A DNA stretch of 64,000 nucleotides from the human T2T-CHM13v2.0 reference genome, Homo sapiens, in assembly GCF_009914755.1 (NCBI RefSeq), contig NC_060936.1; one strand, written 5' to 3'. Shown here piece after piece: positions 63,380 through 64,000 of the stretch. The stretch's first letter is position 1, and the number at the start of each line of letters is the position of its first letter. The notes under the pieces were generated by a model that did no database searches, had not been told where the DNA came from, and saw only the letters and a list, made by a program, of their open reading frames with translations. The position numbers were made by a program, and so were the translations under genes.

Positions 63380-63677
63380 GGGCTGGGCGCAGTGGCTCAT
63401 GCTTGTAATCGCAGCACTTTGGGAAGCCTAGGAGGGAGGATTGCTTGAGGCCGGGAGTTCAAGACCAGCCTGGGCAATATAGGGAGACCCCCATCTCCAC
63501 AAAAGAATTTAAAAACTTAACCAGACACAGTGGCTCACACCTGTAGTCCCAGCTACTCAGGAGGCTGAGGTGGGAGGATCGCTTGAGCCCAGGAGTTCGA
63601 GGCTGCAGTGAGCTGTGATCATGCCACCGTACTCCAGCCTGGGTGACAGTGAGACGATGTCTCCAAAAAAGAAAAGA
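63380..63677 (+). mobile_element. AluJ
   Basis: J-type positions. Confidence 0.88.
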
Positions 63678-64000
63678 CAGCTAGCTGACTGCCAGTTGGT
63701 GATCCTGGTTTTAAAAGTTGCATGGTTTCCCCAGGTCCTTTAAAAATACGCTCCATTTTGCAAACACAGTAGTACCTCTACTTGGTAGCACAAGACACAT
63801 TTTTATTCTAATTAGCGCATGGCATAGAGAGAGGTTATCCACCTGCCCTTGGTGGTGATCCAGAAGTCCATTTATTTACTTCATTCACTCTAAGTAGACA
63901 GGAATTTGCAGAAAACAGTAGCAATTGCACAAATAAATGTTTTTCCCCTATAGTACAATACCCCAGAACTCTAGATCTGGTGAAAATAGATTACTTGCAG

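Overview
Human (primate) genomic DNA, recognisable as the FBXL14 / WNT5B locus (12p13.33). The only protein-coding gene is FBXL14 (F-box/LRR protein 14) on the minus strand. It has a CpG-island promoter at ~39.0-40.6 kb and a 1.2 kb coding exon. That exon either reads through to a 400-aa product ending ...EKVR*, or splices at AAG|GTCAGG (38431/38430) to a 63-nt coding terminal exon at 11059-11121, giving 418 aa ending ...EKEARGDFSPLFTVRTRGSSRR*. The terminal exon lies antisense inside the 5' region of an old L1M element. A likely non-coding alternative first exon of WNT5B (+) lies at ~62578-62665. The rest is Alu-dense intronic/intergenic DNA with L1M, L2, MIR, MaLR/ERVL LTR and MER relics, a 1.45 kb G-rich VNTR and several microsatellites. 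The most interesting hypotheses are: (i) the FBXL14 5' leader has a (GGC)9 tract in the Gly frame, in frame with the CDS, downstream of a strong-context ACG and an in-frame AUG-UGA start-stop element; (ii) an L1-derived alternative last exon swaps both the C-terminus and the 3'UTR; (iii) the VNTR is bracketed by splice signals and stop-free in the FBXL14 frame. No prokaryote-type systems (CRISPR etc.) are present. Repeat subfamily calls and boundaries were made by eye and are approximate.
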